Assembly (NCBI GenBank): GCA_964252035.1 | Contig: OZ176200.1 | Reading direction: 5' to 3' (one strand) | Source: Podarcis erhardii | Taxonomy: Eukaryota | Length of the DNA stretch: 64,000 nucleotides | Shown here: positions 37,140 to 49,958 of the stretch, piece after piece | How positions within the stretch are numbered: position 1 is the stretch's first letter | How the letters are laid out: each line of letters begins with the position of its first letter | Made by a program: the position numbers and the translations under genes | The notes under the pieces: model-generated | What the model was told of the DNA's origin: nothing | Database searches by the model: none | What the model saw: only the letters and a program-made list of their open reading frames with translations

Positions 37140-37330
37140 TGTTAATGCAAAAGTGTCTCTATTAGTCAAACTATGCAAAAAAGGTGTTTATTGGGAGAAA
37201 TTTGCATTAAAATGCTAAAGAATTTTCACAAGGATTTTTTTAAGAAAAAGAATAATCCCAAATTATTGCAGAGAACTGAGTTTAAAACTAGGGGGGAGGA
37301 CTGAAATAACTGAACTGAGAGATTCATCCA
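37140..37330 (-). repeat. unclassified AT-rich dispersed repeat (copy 2 of 3)
   Basis: The reverse complement resembles 39510-39750. Confidence 0.5.
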
Positions 37331-39509
37331 GCTCTACTAATAACTGTACTGCTACCGGTACTATACTTTCCTTACACAAATTCAATTGAATTTCACAGTA
37401 AAATCACCAGCCCAAAGAAGGATCAGCTAAAAAAAAACACTTATTCCAGTGAAGTATGATTTAATTTGACAATACTTATGACTTATGACTTTGTTTGACT
37501 CATTTATCTGAAACCTGCCTCCTGCAGATTTGCTAAAATTCACTTGAAACTTTAGCCTTAATAGCCAACAATTTTATTATCACATTATCATTTATGGGAA
37601 AGAATTGACTTTGTCAGGTTGTTCAGAAAGCCCCACAAAAGTGTAGAATTTACAGCTTCTCATGATTAGTAACATTATTGTGAGAGGCTATAACTCATTC
37701 TCTTTCATATGAAAGAATGCATATCTCAGCCGTAAGTTGAAGATGGCATATTTAAATTGTGGCTTGAGCATTCACAACTTACTTGTTAAAAGAATGTTGC
37801 TCTTTTTAGCACAGGGAAACATCAAGAGGCCATTGGTGTGAAATGAAAGTCATGGGCATGTTTGAGGAACAAGCCAATATTTACAATTGAAGAAATGCAT
37901 CAAGCTCTTATAGAAAGGCAGGGGCTGCAGCTACCCTGTAAACCTTTGATCAGCATTTGACTCCCGAAAGGAGAAGACATAGGAATGAAAGGGCTGCTGG
38001 CCACTCTCAGAAGCAAAAGTATCAGACAGTAAGAATGGTTGTTGCTGCTGCTTACAGTCTTGTGATTTGCCATGGAGGCCTGTGATTGCCACAGTTCCTC
38101 TGCAAAGTGAGGATGCTAACAAATTAGCAGCATGAGGGCCAGCCTGTTTGTGATAAAGCCTTTGCTTGTGCTTCACAGCTGTCTGAAAATAAGTCCTCAA
38201 CAAAACAGGCAAAACAACAACAACCCAAAAACAAAAGACTTACTCCTTTGGCTGTACCAGACCCCAGGCTGCCCATTAACAGATTAGTAGTATTTATCCA
38301 TTCCAGTTCTTTGAAATGGCCTTTATGGACATAAATTCCAGGTTTCACAATATTTATTTATTATTTGTTCACAGTTGTCATATCCCATCCTCCCTCCGCC
38401 CAGGGAGGTTAGCAGCATGAATAATAAAGCAAAGCAATATGGTAAGAAAACCGTAATTAAAATCACAGACTGCCACTCAATCAGGGATAAGAAGCAACTA
38501 GATCCATTGTGCCACCCCACTAAAAGCCAAATTCATGCCTTGAAAGTGTGGGCAGATATTCATGCCTTTAGCTGTCACTTAACTACTTCTGTTGTGAAGT
38601 GTCAGCCAGATGTCTCCTGGGTGGGAGTTTGATAAACATGGCAATGCCACCAAGGATGCCCTTTCTTAAGTCTCTTACATGGGCTGAAACAATCCCTCTT
38701 GAGTCCTCAGTTCCCTCGACAGCAACTAGTCCACAGCATTCTGCACCTGCTGCAGTTTCGAGACCATCTTCAACATTCACTACTTCCATGTAGTTTTTGA
38801 ACACAATATAGTGTTGTGCCTTTGACATATAGCTCAAAGCAGTTTGAGCCCCACATATCTTAGAGCCTATCTCCTCATTATCATGATCCTTCATGATTGG
38901 TATCATCAGCTTGGGAGTCATTAGGAAAAAGGTACCTTTGGCTGATGATCCAAGTAGACAAGAGGACCAGTTAATTACGGCCAGGGATGGACAAACTTCA
39001 CTTGGATTAGCTGAGAATTTGCTCTGTTTATGAACTTTCTCAGCAAGCATTCAAAAGCATTCAGCATTCATTTGCTGAGATTGAAATCATCTCAGTGTTT
39101 ATGAGCTTTCTCAGCAAGCACTCGGAAAAATCCTAGCCTGCTTTTTTCTTGGCTTTATCATAGTGGTGCATGTGTGAGAACAGTGCTGTGCACATCTACA
39201 TCATTATATCAACCCTTGAAATTCGTAGTTTGATTTCCTCTGCCCTGCACACAATCACACCATTGACAAGTACAGAATTACTTGGAAACTCAACCCTTTT
39301 CCTCCAGACAAACAGCCAGGAACTAGAGGGGTTTTCAGATCTGGATGGGGAACAAGAAGGTTGCAAAATGTTTGCAAGTAGTGATCAAGAGAATCGCTTC
39401 AAAGAGAAAAGACACCCACTCAACAAAAGGTTGTTTCATCAAGTGATCTTATCACATAATTCACACCCATAATGAAGAGTTCACACAGTTTCATAGCAAT
39501 CAGGAAAGG

Positions 39510-39800
39510 TGCATTTTGTTTTCTCTCAGTTTCACATTTTTCCAATCTTCAGTTCAATTTGCCACATCTCCACATCAGTTCGTTATTATTATTATTTTTT
39601 TAAAGGATCCTCACAAAAATTCAGAAGCATTTTGGTGCACATTTCTCCCAACAGACATATGCTTCTATACAATTTCCCCTAATATACTGCATTTTTGTAA
39701 GTTACTTTCACTAATATATGCATTTTTATTCAGACTCTCTCCTAATAACTGCAATTTTGTACAATTTTATTGGAGAACTGCATGATAAAATTCAGAGATC
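39510..39800 (+). repeat. unclassified AT-rich dispersed repeat (copy 3 of 3)
   Basis: Shares motifs with 4885-5160 and 37140-37330. Confidence 0.55.
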
Positions 39801-40924
39801 AGTAAGGCTGCATTCACATGGCAGGTTTTTCTTTTCTGCTTCCTTGACATTTACCTAACAATTTCCACATTATATTTGAGCTTACACACAACTACTTCCA
39901 GAAATCTAGCAAAATACGGCAGAGTTTAGCACTAATTTCTGTCTGTATTACTTCCCCCCAAAAAAACTTCTTGCAATGCCATTAACCCAGCAAAGTTACA
40001 AAAGTTGTGGTGCTATACCATAATACAGTTCCTTCCTGCCATTTTCATGGGGGAATCACAGGGGAACAGAAACACACATCTGCAGAAGAGGTGGGTGTGG
40101 AAGGGGTAGGGAAGCAGCGATTATTGTCCAGAGATATGCATTGTTGTGTCACACCATGCCCACTGCTGCGAATGAAATGCAGCGTAGCATGCCAATATAT
40201 CAGTCAAAAAGCCACAGTTCCTGCTTCTACCTACAAAGCAGCTGGTCTTATCTACTTTGTCTGTCAAATGCTGACTGCACATGCCCAGAACATTTTGAAC
40301 TGGAGAAGAATGCCTGGGGGGAAACGATGCTTACTCTAAAATACAGTCAAGCATTATGAGCTGGGCAAACTGTACCTGGTTATTAATTTTATGGCTATTA
40401 AAGCTGAGGGAGAAAGCTGCACATTATGCTCCGCTCTGTGATTGTTTCCCCTTGCTTTCATGCAAAGCCACTGCAGCAGGTGGCACTCAAGTATGGCTGG
40501 AAGACCAATGGGAGGGAGGGGATGCTTAACTTTTTTCTTGTCCACCGTTTGTCTTCTCAAAAAATTCTCTCTCACACACAGCTGCTTTGCCATCTGTAGA
40601 GAAAAGATGTGAGGCGACTACCTTCAAAGAAAAGGGGAAAATGGAACAGAAGTGAAAAGAGAGGGAAAGGGGAGGTGGTCTCCTCTTTAGCACTCCTCAA
40701 TGTCAGGTCACTGCTTCGAAGAAAGGCCTGCAGCTCCGTAGCAGAGCACAAGGAAGGTTCAATCTTCGCATCTCTGTTTGAAACAAAGATCAGCTTGCAT
40801 GTTTTGGGAAAGGTCTCTGCCTCAGATCCTGGATGTCTAGAGCCAGTCACAGTTGACAACGTTCAGTTAGATAGACAAACTGTGCAATGTGGCAGCTTTT
40901 TGTGGCTTTGGAGTACATTGCCTA

Positions 40925-41065
40925 GGTCAGGTGTGGGGAACCTTTGGTTCTTCAGGTGTTGCTGAACCAGAGCACCCACCAGCTCCTCCAAGCATGGCTA
41001 ATGACCAAGAATGATGAATGATACAGTTCAGCAATATCTGGAGGACCAGATACAGCTGGCCTAGG
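40925..41065. mobile_element. degenerate short hAT-type MITE (family also at ~690-805, 20705-20790, 28235-28330, 63885-64000)
   Basis: Shared CAGG(T/G)GTGGGGAACCT start and CAACATCTGGAGG(G/A)CCA end motifs. Confidence 0.55.
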
Positions 41066-41456
41066 TCATGAAGAGAGAGGTGTCAGATATTTTCAGGCAA
41101 TCATTACCCAAGCATATGATTACCAAGCATATGGAAGAACCATCTATAACACACACTCCCTAGATTTCAATGTGTGATCAGTGACAGTCCAAAGGGGGCC
41201 TGCATATATGCACATATACAAGGCACCTTCCGGGGCAATGATAACTCTGAACAACCAGAGTAGGGAGCCTCCTTCAGAATGTCACTAAAATAAAATATAT
41301 TCTGAAATAACACAAAGGTTACTGTAGTGTTGCTCTAGGTCCTTGTGGTACATGTTTGCATGTATGAGAGTAAAGCCCTGCTCACAAACTATTCATATAC
41401 TATATAGGCATCATGTCTTCTTCCTCAAAGGGATGCAGGTGGCGCTGTGGTCTAAA

Positions 41457-41759
41457 GTCATGACCGACTCTGGGGTTGTGGCACTCATCTCGCTTTATTG
41501 GCTGAGGAAGCCGGCGTACAGCTTCCGGGTCATGTGGTCAGCATGACTAAGCTGCTTCTGGTGAACCAGAGCAGCGCATGGAAACGCCATTTACCTTCCT
41601 GCTGGAGCAGTACCTATTTATCTACTTGCACTTTGATGTGCTTTCAAACTGCTAGGTTGGCAGGAGCAGGGACCGAGCAATGGGAGCTCACCCTGTTGCG
41701 ACCTTCTGATCGGCAAGTCCTAGGCTCTGTGGTTTAACCCACAGTGCCACCCGCGTCCC
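41457..41759 (-). mobile_element. Sauria SINE lacking its 3' tail; abuts an inverted SINE head at 41430-41456
   Basis: Body colinear with the 35150 and 53440 copies; head GGGACGCGGGTGGCACTGTGGGTTAAACC on the minus strand. Confidence 0.9.
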
Positions 41760-41868
41760 GTCCTGTTCATAGCCTATCCCTAAATAAGCGTAACAAGAGC
41801 ATGGCAGTTACTTTTCTGCCAAGAAGCCTTTCTCTTTCTGTAACTATTACTTGTGGCATGAGTTTTCC

Positions 41869-41871
<3 letters not shown>

Positions 41872-41904
<33 letters not shown>
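41872..41904. repeat. (GT)n microsatellite
   Basis: Direct reading. Confidence 0.95.
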
Positions 41905-41905
<1 letters not shown>

Positions 41906-42299
41906 ACGCACACAATTCTCAGTCAACAGTGTTTTCATCAGTTCTTTAGGTTTTCCTAGTACATGTATTCACACAGACAACCACACCTTGACTACCAACT
42001 CACTTGTGTTTTGTGCCATCTTGTGGGGGAATCCTAAATGTGCAGGGCAGAAAGACAATCTCTGAAATGAGTTCATACCTTCTCTCTTGGTATAAAAAAT
42101 GGATCAAACAAAAGCTCTAGAAGCTTAAAATGGATGTTTGAACAAATATCTAAATGTCAGAATAGAAAAAAATGAACCATAGATGGTTCAAACATTTATT
42201 ATGATGGGCCAGAGGAAAGCCTGTAAAATTGTTAGATGTCTGATCATCTCCTGCATATTATTGCTCCCGTTCTCTCTAAAATCCTTTGTTGTCAGATAA

Positions 42300-42435
42300 T
42301 AATAATGATGATGATAATAAATTATTTCTACCCCGCCCATCTGGCTGGGTTTCCCCAGTCACTATGGGAGGCCTCCAACAAAAGATTAAAAATGCATTAA
42401 AACATCAGCCATTAAAAACCTCCCTAAACAGGGTT
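42300..42435 (-). mobile_element. L2 3' end
   Basis: Reverse complement of the L2 terminus seen at 52000-52120 and 63408-63540. Confidence 0.8.
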
Positions 42436-42476
42436 GTATGCCTCCTAAACTAAACTATGGAAGCTAAACTATGAAG

Positions 42477-42763
42477 CTAAACTATGGAATCTGTTCCCAC
42501 AAGATATAGTGAGGGTCACTAATTAGGATGGCTTAAAAGAGGATTAGACAAATTGACAGAGGGTAAGGCTATCAGTGGCTACTGGCCACAATGCCTATAT
42601 TCTATCTCCACTGTCGGAAGTACCATGCCCCTGGATACCAGCTCATATCCTGTCTGCTGGGCTCCCATGGGGATGGGAATCTGGTTGGCCACTGTGAGAA
42701 CAGAATGCTGGACTAGATGGGCCTTTGGCCTGGCACAGCATGGCTCATCTTCTGCTCTTATGT
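42477..42763 (+). mobile_element. CR1 LINE 3' fragment (older type)
   Basis: TTAAAAGAGGATTAGACAAATT...GGCCACTGTGAGAACAGAATGCTGGACTAGATGGGCCTTTGGCCTG...CTTATGT. Confidence 0.8.
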
Positions 42764-45700
42764 GGACTTTCTAGGTGACAGGCTGCAAGAGCAGGCAGGA
42801 GCGCATTAATGAGCACCTGGCTGAATCTGGGGAATTTGCCATCTTAATTTGCACAGTGCTTCCAGCATAGTGTCACTCCAGCACATTGTAGGGAATTAAC
42901 ATGGCAGATGTATGGAGATGCTCACTGAAGTATGTGGTGGGGGAGAGGAATTTAAAAGGCTGGACGGGCAGGATAGATAGGCCTTGCCTGTTGGGGCCCT
43001 GGCAGCTCCCTGAGAATACCACGGGGTGATTCTGGCTGCATAAAAGCAGCCTTTTCCCCGCAGAGAATGTTTCTAAAAGTTTTTTTTTCCCTCCCACAGC
43101 AGAAAGAGGAAGAGAAGGCAAACATCCATTATGACATGCAAATTTTTGCGTTGACAAAACGATGCATATTTTAAATGGAAATCTTTGAACCTCCACCGTG
43201 TCCACACAAAAACAAACAGCTTTTCAATGGCTGAGGAGAGGGAGGGAGAAAGATAATTTTCATGAGAATTTAAACCGTTTAAATGGGGATGAATATGGAT
43301 GAGGACATTTGAACAGATTCCACATTGTATGTCTGTTTCACATCTGCCAAGCAATGGCTAATCCCACTGATTAGGAAGTGTAATGACAAAATGTTTGTAC
43401 CTGACATATCACACCCCCGCTCCTTGGCAGCTCTTCAGTATCAAAGGCCTTGTGTGATGACACCATATGTCACTGCCTGCTCAGGATCCTAAGAAAGCAG
43501 AACTCCCTAGGAGGTATCCTTTATTGATGCTTGTAGGAAAAACAATTGACTTGGCATCATCTGGCAGCACAGGAGGATGACAAAAGCTTGTGTGGCAAAA
43601 GGCAAGGGAAGAATTAATATTTGGGAGAAGGCATCCTATGACATTGCATAGAGATGTGGCATCTTGTGTTTTTGGTCACCACTGTTTACCTTTTGCCTCT
43701 GTATCCATATGAAATTGATGAAGTGACTCTTAGGGTGGATCTACACTTAGGGAGGGGAAACTGCTATAAATAACTCCAAAATTGGATCATTTTAACAACA
43801 ACAGCAACAACAACACCTTATGGAAAAACACGTATAAAAATTTCCTGCTCTCTGGTGCCATCTGGTGTTGCATGTTTATAGCATGTTCAAATCATTGTTT
43901 CTTTATTAATGTAGCTGAGTCCAGAGTATGCCACAATAAATATGTTAATCTTTAAGGTGCCAGAAGGCAGGGGTGTGTGTGTGCTCAAAAATAAAACAGA
44001 TGACAACGCCATCCAGAAAAGAAAAGAAAACCAGATTTCCTGGGCTATCTTCAAAAACTTTTGGGATATAATGCATATTTTGTAGTCAAGGCTTTGAGAG
44101 TGAACCCTGAGGAAAAATCCATACCTGCTGCTTTGCTGGGCATCTTCAGGAGAAGAAAAGTCTGAGTAAACCCTACACAAATCAGGACAGTCAGATGGCA
44201 TCTTGTATGCTTTCTTCTGGCAACTCCTGCAGCCCAGCCAGTGCCAAATGTATTGCTCTGCTTCCCTGAGGCTGAGAGGGCAGCCTGGGCAGCCCAGGAC
44301 CTCCATAAACACTGCCCAGGCTTGCACCCTGGAGATGTCACTTTGGTGTTGCTACCACAGAAAAAACAACACAGGAGGCAGCAGTTATGAGTTACTGGTC
44401 TCTGCAGCCACAGCAAGCGCTGTGATTCTTCAGCAGTTTGACTTCACCCCGGGAGGTGAACTCCATTGTCTCTCGAGACAGATGGCTACCAACGATCCGA
44501 ACACGTGGTATGCCATGCTGCAGAAGGTTTGGGTGTAGTGGAGGGGATGTGGATGGAGCACGGGCTATTGGGGGGGCTCCAGCACCGGTGGGACACTTTA
44601 CGTTGAATAAAATAAATAATAAAGTAAAGTGGAGATTCTTAGAATTCTGTCAAACTGAACAGCGGAGACACATAGCTATTCTGCTGTGCCTCTCCCAAGA
44701 CCATTTTCCCAAGCCTCTGATTTTTTGCTTTCCGTCTGCAAATAGTAATTCACCAAGGAAAGCCTTATTAGAGGGAAGATAACTATGAGAAAGACAGAGG
44801 CATATATAGGCAGACAGATGGGGCAGAATTTGCATGAAGGAGTTTAGATTAAAACTATTTCAAACTATCCTTTATTCTATTCAGATATTTTGCTCTCCCA
44901 AGAAGGCTCTTTCCTTTACTCAAAGAGCATCACTTGTGTTCAATTGCACCCACTATAGCTCTACCCTTAAACACCATTATCATCATTTTGCATCCCATTT
45001 CCCCAAGTCAGAAATGAAAAGGTGCTGATTTCCTTCAAGTGTAATTTCAGTCCCATTTTCACTCACTGGGTAAACTAGGAATATCTCTTCGATACTCCTC
45101 TGTTCCAAACTAACTTTGATGAGCCACAGAAATAAAATTGACTCACTACGAAGAAAGATCCTTCTTTTCACTCCAATTGCTTATGACTGCTTTCCCCAAA
45201 GTAGTTAGAATTGTCAGTCCACTTTGGTAGCATGCTTTCATGGGGATAATGACAGTGGTTTCAGATTATGGTTTAATTATAGTTGTGGGGAATGAGGTTC
45301 CTAGCATTATAATCAATCATAAAACTGCATGGGGAAATGGCAATTTTCTTTTTTTAATCTAAGAAATGTATATAAGCCATGGAACAGTTGCAGTGGACAT
45401 ACAAGGTTGGTCAGTTGTTAACTCTAACTTTGTGAGCATTTAAGCCATCTTTAGAAATGATTCCCCTGTATTCAGGGAACGCTCTACTCCAAGACCTCAG
45501 TCCATTTGGTGACCATCAGAAGGGAAATCATGCAAAACTCCCAATTGGTGTGGAAGAACTGCACACTGATATACACCCAGGGATCCCCTTCCCATGTTGG
45601 CAGAAGGGGTACAGTTCCAGGGATCGGTGCTAAGATTGGTAATAGTTAGGAAAGTTGAACGAATAAATGTTTGCAATTAGAGCCAAAACAAACTTCCCCC

Positions 45701-45869
45701 AATTTTCTTCTTTGTGAACATTAATGACAGTTTTTTTTCTGGGCGAGCCTCACATACTCAGATGTCCTCCAGATCCTTTTGACACCCTATACTGTACTCA
45801 TCATTAGAGAACTATGACTACATTAAGGATCCTACATAGAGGACTAAATCAGATCCTGATGGGTACATG

Positions 45870-46068
45870 GAACAGTGAGGTTTAGAGATAGTACAGCCAC
45901 TGAATACCAGCTGCTGGAGATAGTGGAGAACAACCATGGAAGAAGGCTGTTGCTTTTATGACTGCTTGTGGACCTCCTAGAAATATCTTGGCTGGCCACT
46001 GTGAGAAACAAGATGCTGAAAAAGGTAGGCCTTTGGTCTAATCCAAAAGAGTTCTTCATATGTTCTTA
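45870..46068 (+). mobile_element. CR1 LINE 3' fragment (older type)
   Basis: GGCTGGCCACTGTGAGAAACAAGATGCTG...GGCCTTTGGTCTAATCC...TATGTTCTTA. Confidence 0.7.
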
Positions 46069-48477
46069 GTCACCAGTGTAGAACCAATAGGCTTTAAACC
46101 AGTTAGTCATAAGGGGTGCTTAACCTTTTCCAGTCTCAGGGCTGCATTCCTTAGTTTATGGGAAACCATCTGAGAACCACATGCCAGGCTGAGGTCCTCC
46201 ACCTGCATCTTAGAGAATTCTGCAAGTCGCATTTTGTAAATGGGCTATTGATAACTGTAATTCCAGAGTGTGTTTATAGGACGAGTATTGTTTACTGTTT
46301 GGCAGATGTAAGGTTTCCTGCAATAAATTGCCACATGAAGAAGGTAGATCAATGTTAAATTAAATCAGCCCACTTCCTAATGACTGTTTGCTTTCCTTAT
46401 CACTAAAACCCAATAACATAGTTTAACTCAGCCAACGTGGCTGTTACTGCTAGAAGTGTGTTTTTTTAAAAAAACAACCGAAGAAATATGGGAACACAGG
46501 GATTAAGGTCACATTAGAAACACCAGATATTAAATATTTAGGAAAGGGGAGGGGAGAGAAAGTACATGACTTTGTATATATCATTGCAAAAACTAAATGC
46601 TGAATATTTCCAGTCTGCTAGGCCATAGCAATAAAGACTTCATTTCGTTATATTATGTAATATACTTCTTGTCAAGATTCTGCCCTGCCCAGTCCTAAAC
46701 CCAGGGGTCTCTTCAGTGGAGAAGCATGGGGAGCACATATCCACCCTTCTAGTCACCCTGGCAAGCCAATGGGTCCAGATAACCCTGTTTCAGATCTGGA
46801 AATTTCATCAGCTGCTGCCAAGTTTCCTGGCTGGCTCTCAGACCCAGCCACCCTCATCTCCCCTTGGAACACAGGGGCAGAGAAAATGGGAAACTAAACA
46901 GGACCTTCAGAGCCATTGCTGAAATGCCTGGCTAGCTACAGGTGAGACTACTTAGGAGGAGAAGGTGTGGCCCAGCCTCAGGGAAAGTCTCAAAGGCCAG
47001 AAATTTGCCTGTGCTTGTACCACACTGGTTCTCTGTTGTGCACTGTTAACTGCCCAAGAGATCAGGTAAGCTAAGCATCACTCATTCATTCAGAAATCAG
47101 GGGGAAGAGGTTTATGGCTCCCAAAGGACCTTCTTTTCAACACCCTCAACTCAGCCCATTTACCTTCAAATTAATTTATTTTCCAATAACCCAAGTCATT
47201 TGTAAAGCACAAGACTTTTCCTACCTCTTAATTTCTGCCTAGGAGCCTGTAAAAAGCCAGTATCGGTATCTGCATTTGTCTCAGCAGTCCCTTTGTCATT
47301 TTTATAGATCCTCTCCCCTACCCCTCTCTTTTTATATAATGAATGCCAAAATAAATTGAGAGTGTCTGTGATGCATGCAGTAACAAATACAATAGAAGAG
47401 GCTTGGGCAGTTTCCATTTCATATTATGCACATTAGAAATGCTCCAAACAAGGAAGACGAATGAACACATGATAAACTCCAGGCCATATTGGAGTCTGAC
47501 TAAGGACGCATTTGTGCATGTGTAACATTAAGCATATTGGTTATTCATTCAGTCTGCCACTCATTTTAATTTGGGTTCATATGTAAAAGACATCACACAG
47601 TTGCTTGATAGTTTAATGTCCGGACTTGGGGAAGCATTCAGGCTGTGGCAATCACACTGGAGAATGGTAAGATATTCAAGGAACCATTTTATCTTGGCTA
47701 AATATATCAGTCTAGAACGACACACAACTTCTTTATACAGTATTGCTTTTATGTTGATCTTGTACTGATTTTATGCTAGTTGTTTTGCTTTTGTGCTTTT
47801 TTAAAAAACAACAACAATGTTTTGATGGTGTTTTACATTCTGCTGATTTATACATTTTGTAAAAACTGGTCAGAGGACCCCTTTGATGGGTGGTGTAAAA
47901 ACATTACAAACAAATAGATAAATGTGGTGATACCATGTGTGGCAGCAACACTGTATTTATGACATTCCACTGAATTGTAACAACCACCCACTCACTCCAC
48001 TCACACCTCAGAGGTATAAATAATAAATTAAATTAAGTATCTATATACTAGCACTGAAACGTGTGACAATTTGTATTTTTAATGATCTACTGAATTAGTA
48101 GGATCCAGTTTATACCAGAAGCAATGCATGATATCAGGGGACCATCGCACACTGATTTATTTTATTTTATTTGGCTTGATACATTTTTGGACATCTAGTA
48201 GATATTGGCTTGCTAATCTTGGGTGGTTGTTCTTCAGACCAATAGTGACTCTGACCCTCTCTAGGAGGGTCAATTGCCTTGAATGAGAGCCAGTCTTCCC
48301 TAGAATTCTGCTAAGCACTGAGACTTGAAAACCAGAATCTGGCAAGTGGTACACAAATAAGGAAGCCATGAGGAAAATGCAAGTCCACCTTAGAAGTTAT
48401 ATCTTCTAGACAGCAGGATCCAAGGATCACCCAACCAAGACTGTCGCAGTGTGAGGCAAGATGGTCCCCTTCATTCC

Positions 48478-48708
48478 TAGAATCATAGAATCATAGAATC
48501 ATAGAGTTGGAAGAGACCACAAGGGCCATCGAGTCCAACCCCCTGCCAAGCAGGAAACACCATCAGAGCACTCCTGACATATGGTTGTCAAGCCTCTGCT
48601 TAAAGACCTCCAAAGAAGGAGACTCCACCACACTCCTTGGCAGCAAATTCCACTGTCGAACAGCTCTCACTGTCAGGAAGTTCCTCCTAATGTTTAGGTG
48701 GAATCCTC
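48478..48708 (-). mobile_element. CR1 LINE 3' end with (ATTCTATG)3 tail
   Basis: AGAATCATAGAATCATAGAATCATAGAGTTGGAAGAGACCACAAGGGCCATCGAGTCCAACCCCCTGCC. Confidence 0.9.
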
Positions 48709-49854
48709 TAGAAGACAACTGGACTAGCAGATGAATCTTACTTCAGCATAGTTATGGCACCACACTTGAGATCAAACAGGCCATGTGACACACACATCTC
48801 TCTCTCCTCCAACAGAGGGGAATGAATGGGGATGGTCCTCAGGAGAAAGGAGTGGGGGCCTCCACCATTGTCCCCTATCACCTTCTGCCTGAGGCAGTTG
48901 CCTCACTCTGTCTGAAGCAAGCTGGAGCAAGATGGTTCTGCCAGGAACATGAACCTTGAAATTATGGTCATGGAGAAAATATCAGAAAATTGTAAAGTAT
49001 CTGAAATGAATTCAGGAAGCATGCACAGAGAAAACATGTGAGACTCTGAACGTGACTTCAGCCATTTTGTCTATGTTTCAGTTTAGGATTCTTCTTGCAG
49101 GCAGACTCAATTAAAAAATACCCAGTGTGGTCCACTTTGAAGCATTAGTTGATGCCTGAACTTCACGTTCCCTCAGCCTAGTTATGAAGAAGCAGGGAAC
49201 TTGCTCAATCAGCTCACAAGGCAGATTTCATTCAAGCTTCAAACCCTTTACTCCCAATTAGTTCTAGTCTCACTCCACTTGAGGCAAGTAGAATCAGCAG
49301 GACTCCTTTGCAACATTCATTAAATTGCCCGCCTGGTTTTGTGAAGTTCAGGTTCCCCATTAAATATCTACCTGTTACCTGCCTCTTTTTATTTCTCAAA
49401 TAATCATTGGCACTAATAGCGGGCAGGAGATGTATTTTGAAGCTGGTAAAGGAAAATATGAACACAAGATACAAAATGTGCTTCCCATTACAGCAAGGTA
49501 AATATATAGGGCACAAGGTCTTACAAGTCCTAGAACAGGACCACAGTATTGTTGCACCCCAACCCAATCTCTGAGCAGTACAAGATTCCAGGGGTTCCTG
49601 GCACTTACCCAGGGTCCATGTTTCCTTTGGGGAAGGAGGCACAATGGAGGCTGTGGTGTCTTCGTAATACACCATTTATTTACACATTTCATACATACAA
49701 CCCAAAGGGTCTTGTTTCTCCCATAGCCACAGCCTTGGAATCTAACAGACATCAAACATTGCTCTCTGACCCTCTCTCCAGTTTGCTGTTTTTTCCTTCT
49801 ATGTCACATCACTACTCTAAAACTATCTACTCTAAACTGTGAGAAGTGAGGTTA

Positions 49855-49958
49855 CAAGGCCTTCTAGGTAGTGGTGCCCGCCCTGTAGAACACCCTCCCA
49901 TCAGATGTCAAGGAAATAAACAACTATCTGACTTTTAGAAGACATCTGAAAGCAGCCC
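49855..49958 (+). mobile_element. L2 internal fragment
   Basis: Near-identical to 51895-52010. Confidence 0.8.

Noticed and set aside
36689-37165. 158-aa ORF with a hydrophobic N-terminal stretch and poly-Val
   Set aside because: The poly-Val is a (GTT)n L2 tail; the rest is unrecognised.
38583-39050. 155-aa minus-strand ORF that reads like a globular protein
   Set aside because: The DNA at ~38615-38720 resembles a decayed L2 (GGGAGTT...GCCACC...GCCCTTTCT), and I recognise no family.
40572-40965. Overlapping ORFs on both strands with a possible minus-strand acceptor
   Set aside because: No recognisable protein and no consistent exon chain.
49417-49497. Possible small exon EMYFEAGKGKYEHKIQNVLPITA ending at AG/GTAAAT
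   Set aside because: The acceptor lacks a polypyrimidine tract and the peptide is unrecognised.
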